A DNA stretch of 64,000 nucleotides from Selaginella moellendorffii. Lineage: Eukaryota; Plantae; Lycopodiophyta. Both the position numbers and the translations under genes were made by a program. The notes below the pieces were generated by a model. It was given only the letters and a program-made list of their open reading frames with translations. It was not told the DNA's origin and searched no databases. Below are positions 1 to 12,879 of this stretch, in pieces; within the stretch, counting starts at the first letter, position 1, and each line of letters starts with the position of its first letter. Location: positions 568,731 through 632,730 of the forward strand of contig NW_003314358.1 of NCBI RefSeq assembly GCF_000143415.4, read 5' to 3'.

Positions 1-9
1 GAGCAGCCT

Positions 10-1991
10 ATGGAAGAAATGCAAGAGGGGGATGAGGAGCCAGAGAAAGATAATGAGCAGGAAGAGCAGAAGGACGAAGAGGAGGACGAAGAAGAGGAGG
101 ACGAAGAGGACTTGGATGGTCCTCACAATGGTGACGATCACAATAACGACGATGACGATGATGACGATGATGGCCAGCCTGAGGTGGCCAAAGAGCAGCG
201 GAGGAAGGTCATACAAGACAAACCATCAGGTAAATAATAGTACATCCATTCCTAACCTTTTACCATTTCTAACATTGTCCATGTAGGTTGCAGAAGAAAT
301 GGTAAGTAGAGATTATTCAGTTGAATTAAGATACAAACTCTAGCCTTTAGTGTCGAGGAAGGATAGTGCCAAGCAAGGGTCGAAACGTATGTCCAATCCT
401 TCAGAATCAGCAGTGCGCCCAAGTGATATCGGTCCTAGTTCCTCAATAGCAGTTGATGGTAAATATAGTATAGTCGATTCAATGTGCTAATGAGTTTGTT
501 TTTAGTAGCACGGGAGGATACCATCTCAATCGAAGGGAGATATTTGGACATGCATATGGATCCGCCAGTGGACTCTACTTGCATGCAAGAGTCATCAGAG
601 CTGGTGGAGGCTACTATCCATATCAACGCCAAGCAAGCTGACCACGCTCCACTTGATGCTGCCCATACCACTGAGTCAATCTTGTCCACGTATCCAACTG
701 ACGGTGACCAGGCGCCATTGGACCCGCATGAGGCCGCCCCAGCCGCCGAGCCGGTCGTATCCTCATTTCCAACGTGTGCCCAATCGTCTGACTACGCGCC
801 GTTGGAACCTCTCTACACCGCCCCTGCTGCCTGTTCGGTCATGTCCACTTTGCCAACGGAGGCACCAGCTGAAATGGCGTGTGATCACACGCCATCGGAA
901 CCACCCCATGCCACTGTTGAGCCAGTTGTACCAGAGTCTACAGCTGAAATGGCATGTGCCCACACGCCATCGGATGCGATTGACCCCACATTGCAGAGGA
1001 GAGTATTTCCGCCCTTCACGTTTCCTCGACCAAAACCCTCTGAACGACCATCGGGAGCACCATTCGCTAATATTGTAGATGGTAAAATTGACTTGTACCA
1101 TTTTTTATGCTAACGCATTTCATTTCAGAGTCACGGCGAAAGTACTGTATCGTTTTTGATCTGAACGGTGTCCTTTTCTCCCATGAGCGTGGCTCGTCCT
1201 CGAATGTCACTGCACCCTCCAAAGCCTGCGGTCGCAAGTTGGTCAAAAGAGACAGATTCACATTAATCACACGGGAGAAACTGCGGGATCTAATAATGAC
1301 CATGCGACACTTAAAACAGAGGGCCGGGTTCAATTTGCAATTGGGAGTTTGGACATCCATGATGTGCCACAATGCATTAACGTTGCTACAGATGATGCAC
1401 GATCAGACGCGAGTAATATTACCATTTGACTTTCTCCTAACGCAGGAGGATTGCTTGACTATGGTCCATGTGAGGGGTAGCAAGCCCATCTTCGTCAAGG
1501 CAGAGGCTGTAGTGATGAACCGGACTGCTAGGTCAAGTGAAATCCTCATCATCGATGACTCGCCGATTAAAACTGCAGCGAACACGCACACATATGCAGT
1601 GCACCCCATCTCTTGCAGTATGGAAACTAGGGAGAAGAAACCGTATGTTCTGGGGGACCTTGCAAAACGGCTTGAAGCGATGGTGATAGAGAACCGGCCA
1701 GTCCAGGAGGTGGCTGCAGAAATCAACCAAATGGCAGATGGAACGGTATATCAGAAGCCATTTGATCGGACAGACACCAGTCATCATTTATGGCATGTAT
1801 ATTGTCTAGCCAAGCACTATCCGCATCTCCATAATCTGTTCAACCGGATGGGTTCTTCGACCACTGAACATGAGCGTGGACGTATTAGAGAAGAGATGGC
1901 ATTACTATTGGGTTTAAATCCTGATAGTGTGGAGAGTGATGAAATTCCAAGATTATTGTATAGGCGTTGGAGGCAAAAAATAACAGTCTGA
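10..1991 (+). CDS. Multi-exon gene: acidic/low-complexity N-terminus, short DHAPxxP-type repeats, C-terminal FCP1/NIF-like HAD phosphatase domain (5' end may lie outside the window)
   Basis: The last exon has KYCIVFDLNGVL (HAD motif I variant) and ILIIDDSPIK. A 47-nt intron at 1082-1128 (GT..gctaac..tttcAG) joins ORF 484-1113 in frame to ORF 1107-1991. Further short GT-AG introns lie near 229-350. Confidence 0.7.
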
Positions 1992-2495
1992 GATGGCATG
2001 TATTTATTTAAAAATGTAACTTATTATGGCATGGGGTTCCATGCCATTGTATTAATATTAAAAGACAATTCTTTGAGAGGATTTGCATTATACTAGAAGT
2101 GTTACAGCATGTTATTGGAAGTCTACGAAGTTGTTTTATTAATAAGGGGAAAGTAAAGATTGAATGGGGACTTGGGCTCCACCTAGACTCGGAGCAACTG
2201 AGCCAATATTAAAAGGATGGAAAGAAATTGGACGACAATGACAAGGAGAAGAGAGAGGTGAAGCAGTGAGAAGTGATTGAGTAGACATTTCCTTGTTTAA
2301 AATAAAATGGCATGTGCCTCAATGCAGTTGAATTTTGTTATATTTATATACTATATAAAGGTTTGGAAACCTTATTTTACAAGTGGGATAATGACAATTC
2401 CCACTTTAACGAAATAGAGCTTAATAGGGATGTTCATCTTAGTCTGGACATGTGGGATGAACTCCAGATCCAGAAGGTTCACTCCATCATTTAGG

Positions 2496-2559
2496 TTGTT
2501 GTTCTCTGTCCAAAAAGGCATAGAAACCAAATCTATTATATTTCGATAAAATGCCCAAG
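2496..2559 (-). repeat. Inverted copy of the PLE 3' tail (pairs with 5088-5151); pLTR-like
   Basis: The reverse complement of 2496-2559 matches cttgggcattttaccgaaacataatagatttggtttctatg...ggacagagaataacaa at 5088-5151 with few mismatches. Confidence 0.8.
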
Positions 2560-2899
2560 AATTGATTCTCCAGATAATTACTTTTCTACAAATCCAAGAA
2601 TGGATGCAAGTGGCTGCTATTAAAGTGGCAAAAAAGTCAACCAACTCGAATCTAGAGTTCATCCCACACAGCCAAACTAAGATAAACATATGTAAGTTCA
2701 TCCCTGTCCAGCAATACAAGTCTTCAACGTCCTCACGACATGATGGTAGTGAAAGTAATGGCGCTTTCTCACCTACACTATCCTCGCAGCGCATGCCGGC
2801 AAAGTCACGAGGCTTACCACCGAATTGAAAATGTGATTGCTAAGATGAACAAACGTCTACTAAACTGACATCATAAGAGGCTGACACACCACCATCAAT

Positions 2900-5151
2900 C
2901 TCCAAAACATCCAAGGCCAATGCAAGCTCGAATAAATAGAAATTACACAAAAGGCTCGATGCAAGAAAGCAGTGATAAATAATTTATGTTTTCTTCTTCC
3001 ATGACTAGTATCTAATGAAAATGCTCTCGTGATTGCTTATGCAATGTACCTACACTATATCCATCATTTGGCTAAGAGAAAATGGCTGGTCAAAGAAGGA
3101 ATAGAGAGCGAATGAAAGTTCATACACCTCCAATATATTAGTGCTGGATTCCATCAATATCTAAACTCTCATGAGAGAGTGCATGGAATTGATTGGTTTA
3201 GATATAAAACTCCCTGATCCTGTTATGTTTGGTTGGAGGTATGAACCCCAAATCAAACATAACTTTTATAAACCCAAAGAGGTTTTTTGCAATTGGGACA
3301 CCCTTGAACCTCAAGTTCGTGAATGCAAATGATAACTAAGGGTAACTTACCTCGACAAGACTGGGTATGTATGAAAGTTGGATCCAAAGATCCTTGGTTC
3401 ACGAGCACTCACAGCTGTCATTAAGAAGAGCCTTAATCACATCACCCCGAAACCACTATAGATGGCAAAAATTATTGCTAAAATCTACAAGGCTTGGGAT
3501 AGCATTGCCAGTATAATCCTAGAGGTTTACATCTGGAACTGGCCAAGTAATGAAGTTGCTGTTAAACAACACATAAATTACCAGGTTCGAATGGCATTAC
3601 AAAATTGCCAAACTACCTTGTCCGTGGATATGATGACCACCCCCGAGGCACAATAGCAACTGAAATGGGTGCATAGACACTTATATATTAGTGGGGTTGA
3701 TAAAGCAACCAACACATCCACATTATTTTGCAAAACATTAATCCATAAGGAAGCACTTCTATGGATGAACAACAAAGACTTCTCGCTTGCAGTTTCAGAC
3801 AACAATGTCCTTGAAATACCCAAGACAGTTATAAAATAATTGCTCAGTGACCCACTCTTACAGGAATTCCCACCTCAATGACTAGATCTCCTATACCTCA
3901 TGGGAATCTACAAAGTGCATAAAAATAAAATGTGTTGGTTAATGAATGCAAATGGATATGTCTTTTCAGAAATCACAATTTGCCTAACAACTATCCTAAA
4001 GGGGATATAGGAGGCATTATAAGATCTAGTTGATGATTTTTATGTACAAGCAAATTTTTTGAGGAAAAAAAAATGCATGTTAAATCCTCGAATCTACTTA
4101 AGAGTTTGCAATTAATCTCTTTGATAGAATCACAATGATCTACACTGGAGATATAATCAAGTGCTATAAGGCAATTCCCCTCGAGGGAGACTAAGGCTTA
4201 TAATGGTTATGACACATCTTGTTAATCTAGCCTTCACGTAAAAATCACCTCCAAAATAACCTTTTTTTTATCCAAAAGAAGAATAATGAATTTGAGGCTA
4301 AATGGAAACCTCTGCACTACTCATTGGTAAAAGCAATTAGAATGGAACCAATGAAAGTCATCGAACTCAATAACTTCATCATCCGACACATATATATCCA
4401 CTTGGGGAATAGAGTATGGAGGCAGGCCTAAGGAATCCCTATAGGCTTTTCATGCTCACCCTTGTGGTGTAGTCTATACCTTTTTTACTTCAAGTATAAC
4501 TTTCTTATTCGACTTGCATAATTAAGCTAGTATGATTTATTCTGCCTTTTTGAACACCACTAGGATTCCTTGCCATGCAAAACAAGATGGATAATCCATT
4601 TATTGGCATGGATGGCTCACTTGTGAATCTATCAGCTCATTTCCCAAGCTTTTAGATTCAAATCATACAAGTTAACAGTACTTTTCTAACAATAAAGTAT
4701 GACAAGTGTAGATCACTTCCATTCCAAATCTTGATGTACATTCATTGAGATTCTAATTGCCCTGTTGCAAACTCATCTAAAGTAATCTTGGGACAAGTCT
4801 TTGTGCTTTTCTATTTGATTAATACTACCAGTGGTTTAGTCCTTGATATTGATAATCTTGTTGAGTGCTTCATGGCAAATAGATTCCATCATTTCACACT
4901 AAGACAACTTATCCTTTACAGTTTGGACCAGATTATTTTGACTGGCCCATTGACACTGATATAAACAATGCTTGACATTCTCTTTTACATTTGGAAAGAG
5001 CTAGCCAATTGCCTACCATAGTTTGAAAACTCAACAAACTCAAGCTGAAAGCAAGAGATTCTGTCCTTTACTCAATGCATTCCACTCCTTGGGCATTTTA
5101 CCGAAACATAATAGATTTGGTTTCTATGTTTTTTTGGACAGAGAATAACAA
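2900..5151 (+). mobile_element. Degenerate Penelope-like retroelement (Naiad/Chlamys-type RT) relic
   Basis: Manual translation through stops gives LLYLMGIYKVHKNKMCW (3888-3940), IYTGDIIKCYKAIP (4138-4180), RVWRQA*GIPIGFSCSPLWCSLYL (4411-4480) and KYDKCRSLPFQILMYIH*DSNCP (~4695-4762). These are PLE RT fingers/palm/thumb motifs in the correct order. Confidence 0.8.
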
Positions 5152-6367
5152 AAGAACAAGTTCCCCAAATTTACCATGAATTCCTTGGTTGCACTTATAA
5201 CAAAAAGCACAAGTGAACCATCAATTGGATTTGTGTTTTATTTAATAATTGGAAAATACAATACAAACTCTATTTCCCCACAATGGGACAGACCCCATGG
5301 TTTGATAACAAAACTCCTTTTTTTTTAAAAGTCTTGTTTATAAAAAACTTTGTTATCCCATCAACATGATAATGGGACATACAAGTAGACATGGCATGGT
5401 AAAAAACAAAACTTTGGATTCTTTGTAGAAACTTGCGCTAAGAGACACACTATATGGCTAGGCAAACCTAATTAGAAACTATAGATATTCAGACTACATG
5501 GCCACATGCGCTAGATTTTCTCACACTAAAAGGTATGAAGCAATGGGAAAACCCCTAATGTTAGGGTTTTTCACTTGTATCCACCACTGCCGCATTCTCC
5601 AGGAGCACATCCACAAGCAGAGCAAGGTTGGGTAGCTGCAAGGCTATGCACTAGCACAACCACACGCATTCTTCGCCCACACTAGGATCAATAGCCACTT
5701 CGTTCTGCATCACAAGAATGAGTAGTGCCAACGATGTGGTTACTTGGAGCTCAAAACAAGCTCACACTTACTACCAAGGTTGCGAGGAATCTCAATACCG
5801 CTTTCTTGGCCATGCAAAAATAGGTACAAATGATTCAGTTTTTATGTTTTTCCTCACCCTGGCCTATAGGAACTCTTTATGGCCAGAACACCAGAACTTA
5901 ACATGGCGACACAAGAGGCTTTCATAGACTTTGCTCAAGTAATGCTTGTGATATTGACTAATCCAGTATCTAATTGCCCCCTTAGAAAAAAGATGGGATG
6001 ACGGTGACTAGACCAAATGGCGAGATTCATGAGGCAATGGAAAGTGATCAGGTTGAGCATGTTCCCTAGTTCTAGTCCTTGGAAATCACTTTTGATGTGC
6101 GGCCGGGACATGTACCTAAGTACATTGGCTAGTGAGTATCAGTCGTGCAAGTCTCATTTCCCTAGCTTTGTACTTTTGCAAAAATGAGAGATAGAGCTAG
6201 CTGAGATTGCATTACTAGTCCTCGTCTTCCATGATATAGGTCCCCCCTAGACACCCAAATCATAGGAGGTGATATAGAAAATGTTTGGAGATATCGTTTT
6301 GGTCATGATTGGTACTAGATTACTGGATGGATGATCCTACACCCCAGACAAACGTACCAGAATTGGC

Positions 6368-6783
6368 CTAGTCAATCTACTTAACCAAAAATGGCCCACT
6401 TGGAGCTTAGATTCAAACATCAGGGTTCAACTGGAGGAACCCTATCTTACCTACTTAAAGTTTGAGAATAGGTCAAGGGTGTTTCACCCCAATGCCTCTA
6501 ATCATTTGCTTTACCTAATAAAACTCTCAACATGAGCTCCAGCTATCCTAAGGGATACTTCAGAGGGAACCAACTATTAGATGGTTCAATTAGTCTTTTG
6601 CCCCTATACCCAAGTTTGATTTGCACATTAGTTTCGCTACGAGCCTCCACTAGAGTTTCCTCTAGCTTTGCCCTGCTCAGGCATAGTTCACCATCTTTTA
6701 GGTCCCAATAGGTATGCTTACACTCAATCCTTTTGCAAAAGCTCGTGGTCAGTCAATGGTGCACCCACAAAGGGGATCCCACA
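6368..6783 (-). pseudogene. Degenerate 25S/28S rRNA fragment (~415 nt)
   Basis: Reverse complement of conserved LSU segments (aaaatggcccact; ctatcctragggaaacttcggagggaaccagcta; caggcatagttcaccatctttcgggtcc), with many C>T/G>A changes. Confidence 0.9.
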
Positions 6784-8064
6784 CATCATTCACTGTGAAA
6801 AGTTAACAAATGCACCATGGTGAATGCTAGGGTTTACTGGACTGCTACATTGTCTAATGAGTTTTTTGTTCTTGTGGTGTTGTGTGCTGTCGGATCTTCT
6901 GCCATAACTTCAGGTATGCTGGTTTGTTTTTTCACACTACTGTTGAAACTGGAAATCTTATTACTTGTACTCAGTGGTCGACAAACTATTTTTGTAGAAG
7001 GGATAAAAGCCTTTTATTGCAAATTTGAATTGGCTTTTTAAAAATTTTGTTGGCTTAAGCCTTTGGATATGTATTTCTAAAAGGTTGATATCCCAAAATG
7101 TTTAAATATGAAAGGCTCATACTATAAAAATTTGCCTGTGTTGAGCCAAATCTTTCCACTTCATAACAACTTAGTCATAGTTGACTGCATCAATAGGAGG
7201 TCCTTCCAAGCTGGTCATCACAAGTTCATTAATCATTGTTGTTGAAAGCTTGTTCCTAAACCTCATCTTCATCAGATTGATCCAACTAAATCCACAGTCC
7301 ACAATGCTGCAACATTACATCATAGCAACTTTCACCAGATTCAAAAATTTGTCAGTCTAAGCAAGATGTCCATAAATAACTCCCCATTAAAACACTTGCC
7401 TATATGCAGCAGGAAGACTTCATTATACTTCTGACTAGCTGTTATCATAGTGAGGTCATGATGCTACTGTCAACTTTATGGAGGAGAGAGAAGTGAGCTA
7501 ATTGTTAATTTAATTAGCTGAGGTATTATGGGATGGGTAGCTTTTAAGTTGAGCTCATGAGTTAAGCTCAAATCAATGAAAGTCAACAAAAGTAAAAGGA
7601 AGTCAATATAATCCCCTAACTAGCAAAAGTTTAATGGCACTATTTTAGTTTGTCCCAAACCAAGAATTTTTAACTTAAAATTTAGGTGTTTAAGGTATTT
7701 CATAAGCTTATATAAGTTATTGGTTCGACACTAACTAATCTTTTAGTCTACAAAGAAAGAAAATAATCTATTAAACAACATAATTAATATTAAAATCAGA
7801 ACATATTCAGTCTTCTTCTGCTTCCATGTCTAGAAAAGTAGAAATAAGTATAGTGGAATGCTCCTTCACTATAGGCTCATGTTGCATGTAATGTTATGCC
7901 ATACATTCAACATAAACAAGTAAGTGGAATTGACTTCAATCCATATGATCATCCATATCATCAAGATCAAGCATATGGATTGAAACACCGTGTGTGGCAA
8001 ATGTGGATCTAATGGCATAGAAACATTTGAGAATAAATATTATAGATTACTTGAAACACTAGCA

Positions 8065-8790
8065 TCACTTGTCGCAAAATCTCCCAAGAATATCCTCAAA
8101 GGCACCCTCCTTCCCAAATGCAAAAATAGTTTGGCCTATCTCTTTCGCTGCTTGCACCATCAACCCAAATCCTACTATAACATCAAGCACAATCCCCTTT
8201 GGTAGATAGAATAACTCCAACAAGATCTATATGGCCGTGACCAAATGGTGTCGATAGCCAGGGAATGCTGGGTGAAGAATCTCTGAGTCAATCACATTTG
8301 GGATGATGTTTGTAGAGCTATCGTATCCTAGTAAAGCAAGAGCAGCATGCTTGTTACCTCGTATGGCCTTATAGCAGTTCCCATTGTGGTATAGAGCATG
8401 GTAGTTCTAGGAATAAACCTAGAAAAAAAAATAGAATAGAGGTAATTTGTAAATAAAGAAGTCACACACTTTCTGCTTTTGCCCATTAGTGCCTTTTGTG
8501 TCCACCACCATACTCAAAAGAAGGCAACCAGATGAAAACTCCACAAATCCATCATTGTTGTCAACCAAGTGTGCAAGAAGGCCTTCCCACATTAGAGAGC
8601 AAGGAAGGATCATGATAACCACACCCTCATATGTCATGAAGCTGCTCACAACCTGTAACGCTTGGGAAATGTGTTAGGCCTGCAACACATTCCATGATAG
8701 AGTATCCCCATGCGGTGGTGGCATCCCATTGGGAAGATCAAAAATAATGAATTCAATCTTCCCATAAGGTGTGAGCTAACCCAGACCATG
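8065..8790 (-). pseudogene. Beta-class N4-cytosine/N6-adenine DNA methyltransferase-like domain (disabled; upstream exons probably extend towards ~11500)
   Basis: Reads KIEFIIFDLPNGM (motif IV-like, 8722-8760) ... ALQVVSSFMTYEGVVIMILP ... 51-nt intron 8419-8469 ... ILHPAFPGYRHH..ILLELFYLPKGIVLDVIVGFGLMVQAAKEIGQTIFAFGKE (motifs X-I-II). Three in-frame stops are present. Confidence 0.72.
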
Positions 8791-11782
8791 GATCACCATG
8801 TAGAGTTTTTGACTAGTAGCATCCAAAAGCTGTGTATAATCCCCAATGAAAACAACTTCCTTAACACTGGCCAATTGGGGATAGAGGGCAAACCTGAAAA
8901 ACAATTATTAGAACTAGAAGATAAAATTCTTGCTTATCTATTTATGCATAGCTGCGGAGGAGAGCTCTTCTAAGTTGTCGTTTATAGCCGTAAGGATGGA
9001 TGGGAAGAATGTTTTAGTTTGCCAAGAAAACTAGTCGTTGCTCTTTGCAATATCTATTAAAAAAAAAAGTGAAGTCAAGAATGATTAAAAAAATATTCCA
9101 AATCAAAGTCTTTACTCTCATGAAAGGCTTCACAATAACCCCTTTGAGGGTTATGAGGAGTAGGTACTGGAGTCTCTTATGCTTGAATCTTGTATATAAT
9201 TTCCTTTGGTTCAACAGTATTTGCATTTGGCATCTCTCAAATGGTTTCTTGAGTGTGAATTCCTAAGTTTTGTTGTTGAACTTCAACAACATTGTCATCA
9301 AGGTTAGAAAGAGCCTCTGGAAAATAAGAATATAATTTAAAGTTAATATTTCCTAGTTAAGCGCTAAGTTTCAAGTGAACTTGGATGACATTTGAGGTAG
9401 AGATCCAGCTCAAAGTCTAATGTCGGCATTTGTTCCATGAGTTCAAGGTGCCATAGGCATAGCTCCCTCTCATGTATATAAGGACAATAGAACTTTGGCT
9501 TATACATCCCAAGCATCTTGCCTCTAGTTAGGAGCTTTTGCAAAACATTGGCTATGTATACAGGTGCATTGGGGCAATATTTTAAATATCTATAAAGTAA
9601 AACAAAAATATAAATACCAATATATAAATAAGAATTGAGAAAATACTTATAAACCATGCACCTCACAAGAAATGGTTATCCTAGTTAGTTCTTAAACTCA
9701 ACTAAACTCATCCCACCATGAGGAAGGCAACTATTCCCTAGCTTCGTAAGACAAGCATGAATATATTCTTCAAGAGTGATACCTGTGTGGGTGCTGGAAA
9801 GAAACTTCTCATCCTAGACTTGCAACATCTCCTCACCAATGGCAATGCTTTGGGAAATGTATGCCTTTTTTTTATCACTTTTTCCATCTTTATCTCATAG
9901 CATTTTTTGTTGTTTCACAGCCAAGTGTTGAGAAGTTCCAAGCAAACACTTTGTTCAATAAAAGACATTTTACACTTGAAGATGTTGTAAATGAACTCCT
10001 CTGGTGCTTTAATAGTTCCTACACACACACAGAGTTATGAAATTTTCATAAATTTTAGAAGAACTTACAAATACGAGAACAAATTTCAGCAATGCGATCA
10101 AGTCATTCTTACCCACATCATATGTTTGCAATCAAGAGTAACTTTTTCACTTTTATTCTCTTTGTATTTAAAATTTGCTACTCAATTGCATGCCACTCTA
10201 TCTCCTTCTACTGCTCATCCCCTTAGGCAATTTTAAAGAATGAGGCTCTTTCTTCTTTGATTATGGGCTGCAAGAAACATTATATAAGTCGATGCATACT
10301 TTAACACTAATTTACCTTCCCCCAGACAGCAACCAAAAAATCAAGTGGCAGTTGGTACCTAATCTATAATTCTTGGCCTTTCCTAGTTGCTAGCTTCACT
10401 CAAATTGCTTTAAATACCTCATGATTATACAAAGTTTTGACCTCCTTTAGCGAGAGTATGCCGATAAATCAAAGGTGCTCAATATCATATCCTAATGTAT
10501 GAGCTTGAAATGCAAACTAGTTGAGCTTGCAAAAACATGATATTGGCTGTTGGTAATGGTGGGGAAGCTGTGCCTTTAGCTATTGAGGCTACTTGTGACA
10601 AGGTAAATAAACTTACTAAGGAAGTTATTGGTAAATGTGTAGTTGGATTTACTACGAAGGCTATTAGGGGCATGGTAGCTACTCCTATTGCTCCTAAGGC
10701 TAGTGGTATAGAAGGAGCTAGTGGTGGTGAGGCATTATACATATATATTTCTGACACCATTTTGAATGATTGTGTGTAGGACACAATCATCCAAGCTAAA
10801 AAATGGACAGTTAGTAAAGTGTTATAAGAAATGGTGTGGAATGGCCCTCATCATTTTTTGGATTTTTTGTGCTAATTGATTCAAAACCATTAGATGCCCT
10901 TAGCTTATGACCTCAACATGGCTATCTACAACTCCTTTGCAGAGGTTGGGTCTAGGAGCACAATTGGTACTTTCATCATTTCACCAATTTTCCCTAGAAC
11001 CAATCAAACAAAGTCAGTGATTGTTGAACTTGAGCAAAAAATGGGATTCTATATAATTGTGAAAGTCTCGTGAGTTTGATGGATTCTTAAGACAACATAT
11101 ATAAACTATAGGGTTCATTGGAAAGCTCTTTTGGGTGATCAATAAAAACCATAGGTGGTTAGCATTTTGGAAGTGCATTCATGAGAAGTTTTGAGATGAT
11201 GAAGAATGACACATTAATATTCTAGTTACTTGTTGAACTAATGACTCAGGAGCACACTGTGAAGCTCAACATGATATGCCATAAGATCACTATATAAGAA
11301 TTTATTTTTTGTAAACTTATCAGATGCAAGTACCCCACCACTAGTAGCCACAACCTTAAGAGCACCAGTACCAACAGCCTCAATAACACTAGCATCAAGA
11401 TCAATTTGAGCATCCATTTTAACATCTATGTCATTGTTATGCTCTTCATTGCTTCTTTCATCACGACAAACAAAAACTTCATTATATGCTTCTCCACTTA
11501 ATTGGCCAAGCCTATAGTGATCAAGACAGCTGCCTTTTCCTAAAGACCAGGACCATTGAGGTTGGCTTCGACACTTCCTCTAAAATAAAAAGTAAAATAT
11601 TATAACATCTAACTTATAATGTAAAGCAAATCTATGGCATTTTAACTTAAAATCCCTTGTTGGAAGTTCCAGCCAATCAAGCTTGATTTATATCTTCTCT
11701 CACAAGAAAAGTTTGTAAGTAAAATATGTGAAAAATAGATTGTAAATTACAAGAAATGTAAAGAAAAAAACACAACTCACTA

Positions 11783-12291
11783 GGAGAGGTCGGGTCGCAC
11801 AAGAATTAACCTCACCCTACCTCTCGAGAAGAAAGAAAAACATGACAAAAATATGGGAGAGGTCAATTCGTGCAAGAACCGATATCTTCCACCCTCTCAT
11901 TTTCACTAAAAATACCCCATCAAGTCATTAAAATCAAGAAAAAACCTTGAAGATGTCCAAGAATTGACATTTCTATCTCTCCCTATTTTCTAAAATATAA
12001 AAATCTCACCCGTAGAAACATAAAAAAAAAACCAAAAAAGCTTATATCTAGGATGAAGGTGGGGAGATATTGGTTTGTGCATGAACCGATCTTTCCCACC
12101 CCTTCATCAAGGAAAAAAAGTCAAAACAACAAGGCAGAGATGGGCAGAAAATTAAACAAAAAATGAAATAAAATGTTAGGAGATGTCAGTTTGCACAAGA
12201 ACTGACATCTCCATCCCTCAAGTGAAAACAAAAGTCAAGAAAAGAAAAAACCTCTAATGTGAAAAGATGTCAGTTTGCACATGAACCATCT
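11783..12291. repeat. Array of 5 (plus 1 partial) ~35-bp imperfect palindromes, consensus GGGAGATGTCGGTTCGYRCAAGAACCGACATCTCCC
   Basis: Copies at 11783-11817, 11855-11894, ~11958 (half), 12058-12101, 12179-12212 and 12264-12291, separated by A-rich spacers. Confidence 0.8.
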
Positions 12292-12519
12292 CAAGGAAGC
12301 TTACTTTGATTAAGGAGTGTCTTAAAATGCATTGCAAGGTTGAAACACCTTTCTCTCACCCTTCTCTACTCCACACTTTTCTCTCACCCTTTCCTACTCA
12401 AACCTTAGCTGTAAAACCCTAAAAATCAACAATTATGATCAACAATTATGATTAACAGTCACGACCAATAGTTATGATTTTCATTCCTTGATGGCGATCA
12501 ATACACACAAATGCACATA

Positions 12520-12619
12520 NNNNNNNNNNNNNNNNNNNNNNNNNNNNNNNNNNNNNNNNNNNNNNNNNNNNNNNNNNNNNNNNNNNNNNNNNNNNNNNNN
12601 NNNNNNNNNNNNNNNNNNN
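12520..12619. other. Assembly gap (N run)
   Basis: Run of n. Confidence 1.
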
Positions 12620-12879
12620 ATCTCCATACTCTCTTCTTTTCAAGAGAGTTTTATCTTTTATGAGAAGTGAGAAAGAGTCAAGCTCAAAGAGGTTGGTTTG
12701 TGTGTAGTTTGGATCAGTTTGTCTAGAAAATGTATGTCGCAATAAGGGTAATCAAATAGAAAAATTCATTGACAATGGTGTGGGAGAGAATGGGATTCAA
12801 TGGGATCTTGATAAATATATAAGTCAAGAGATTTTAGTTACAGAATCTCTAAAGCGAGAAGAGGAGAACGCAATCAACT

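Noticed and set aside
1100-1113. U_UUU_UUA -1 frameshift site apparently joining ORFs 484-1113 and 1107-1991
   Set aside because: It lies inside a clean GT-AG intron (1082-1128) with a branch point that already restores the frame.
11783-12291. CRISPR-like repeat-spacer appearance
   Set aside because: Eukaryotic context, degenerate repeats, irregular low-complexity spacers and no cas genes.
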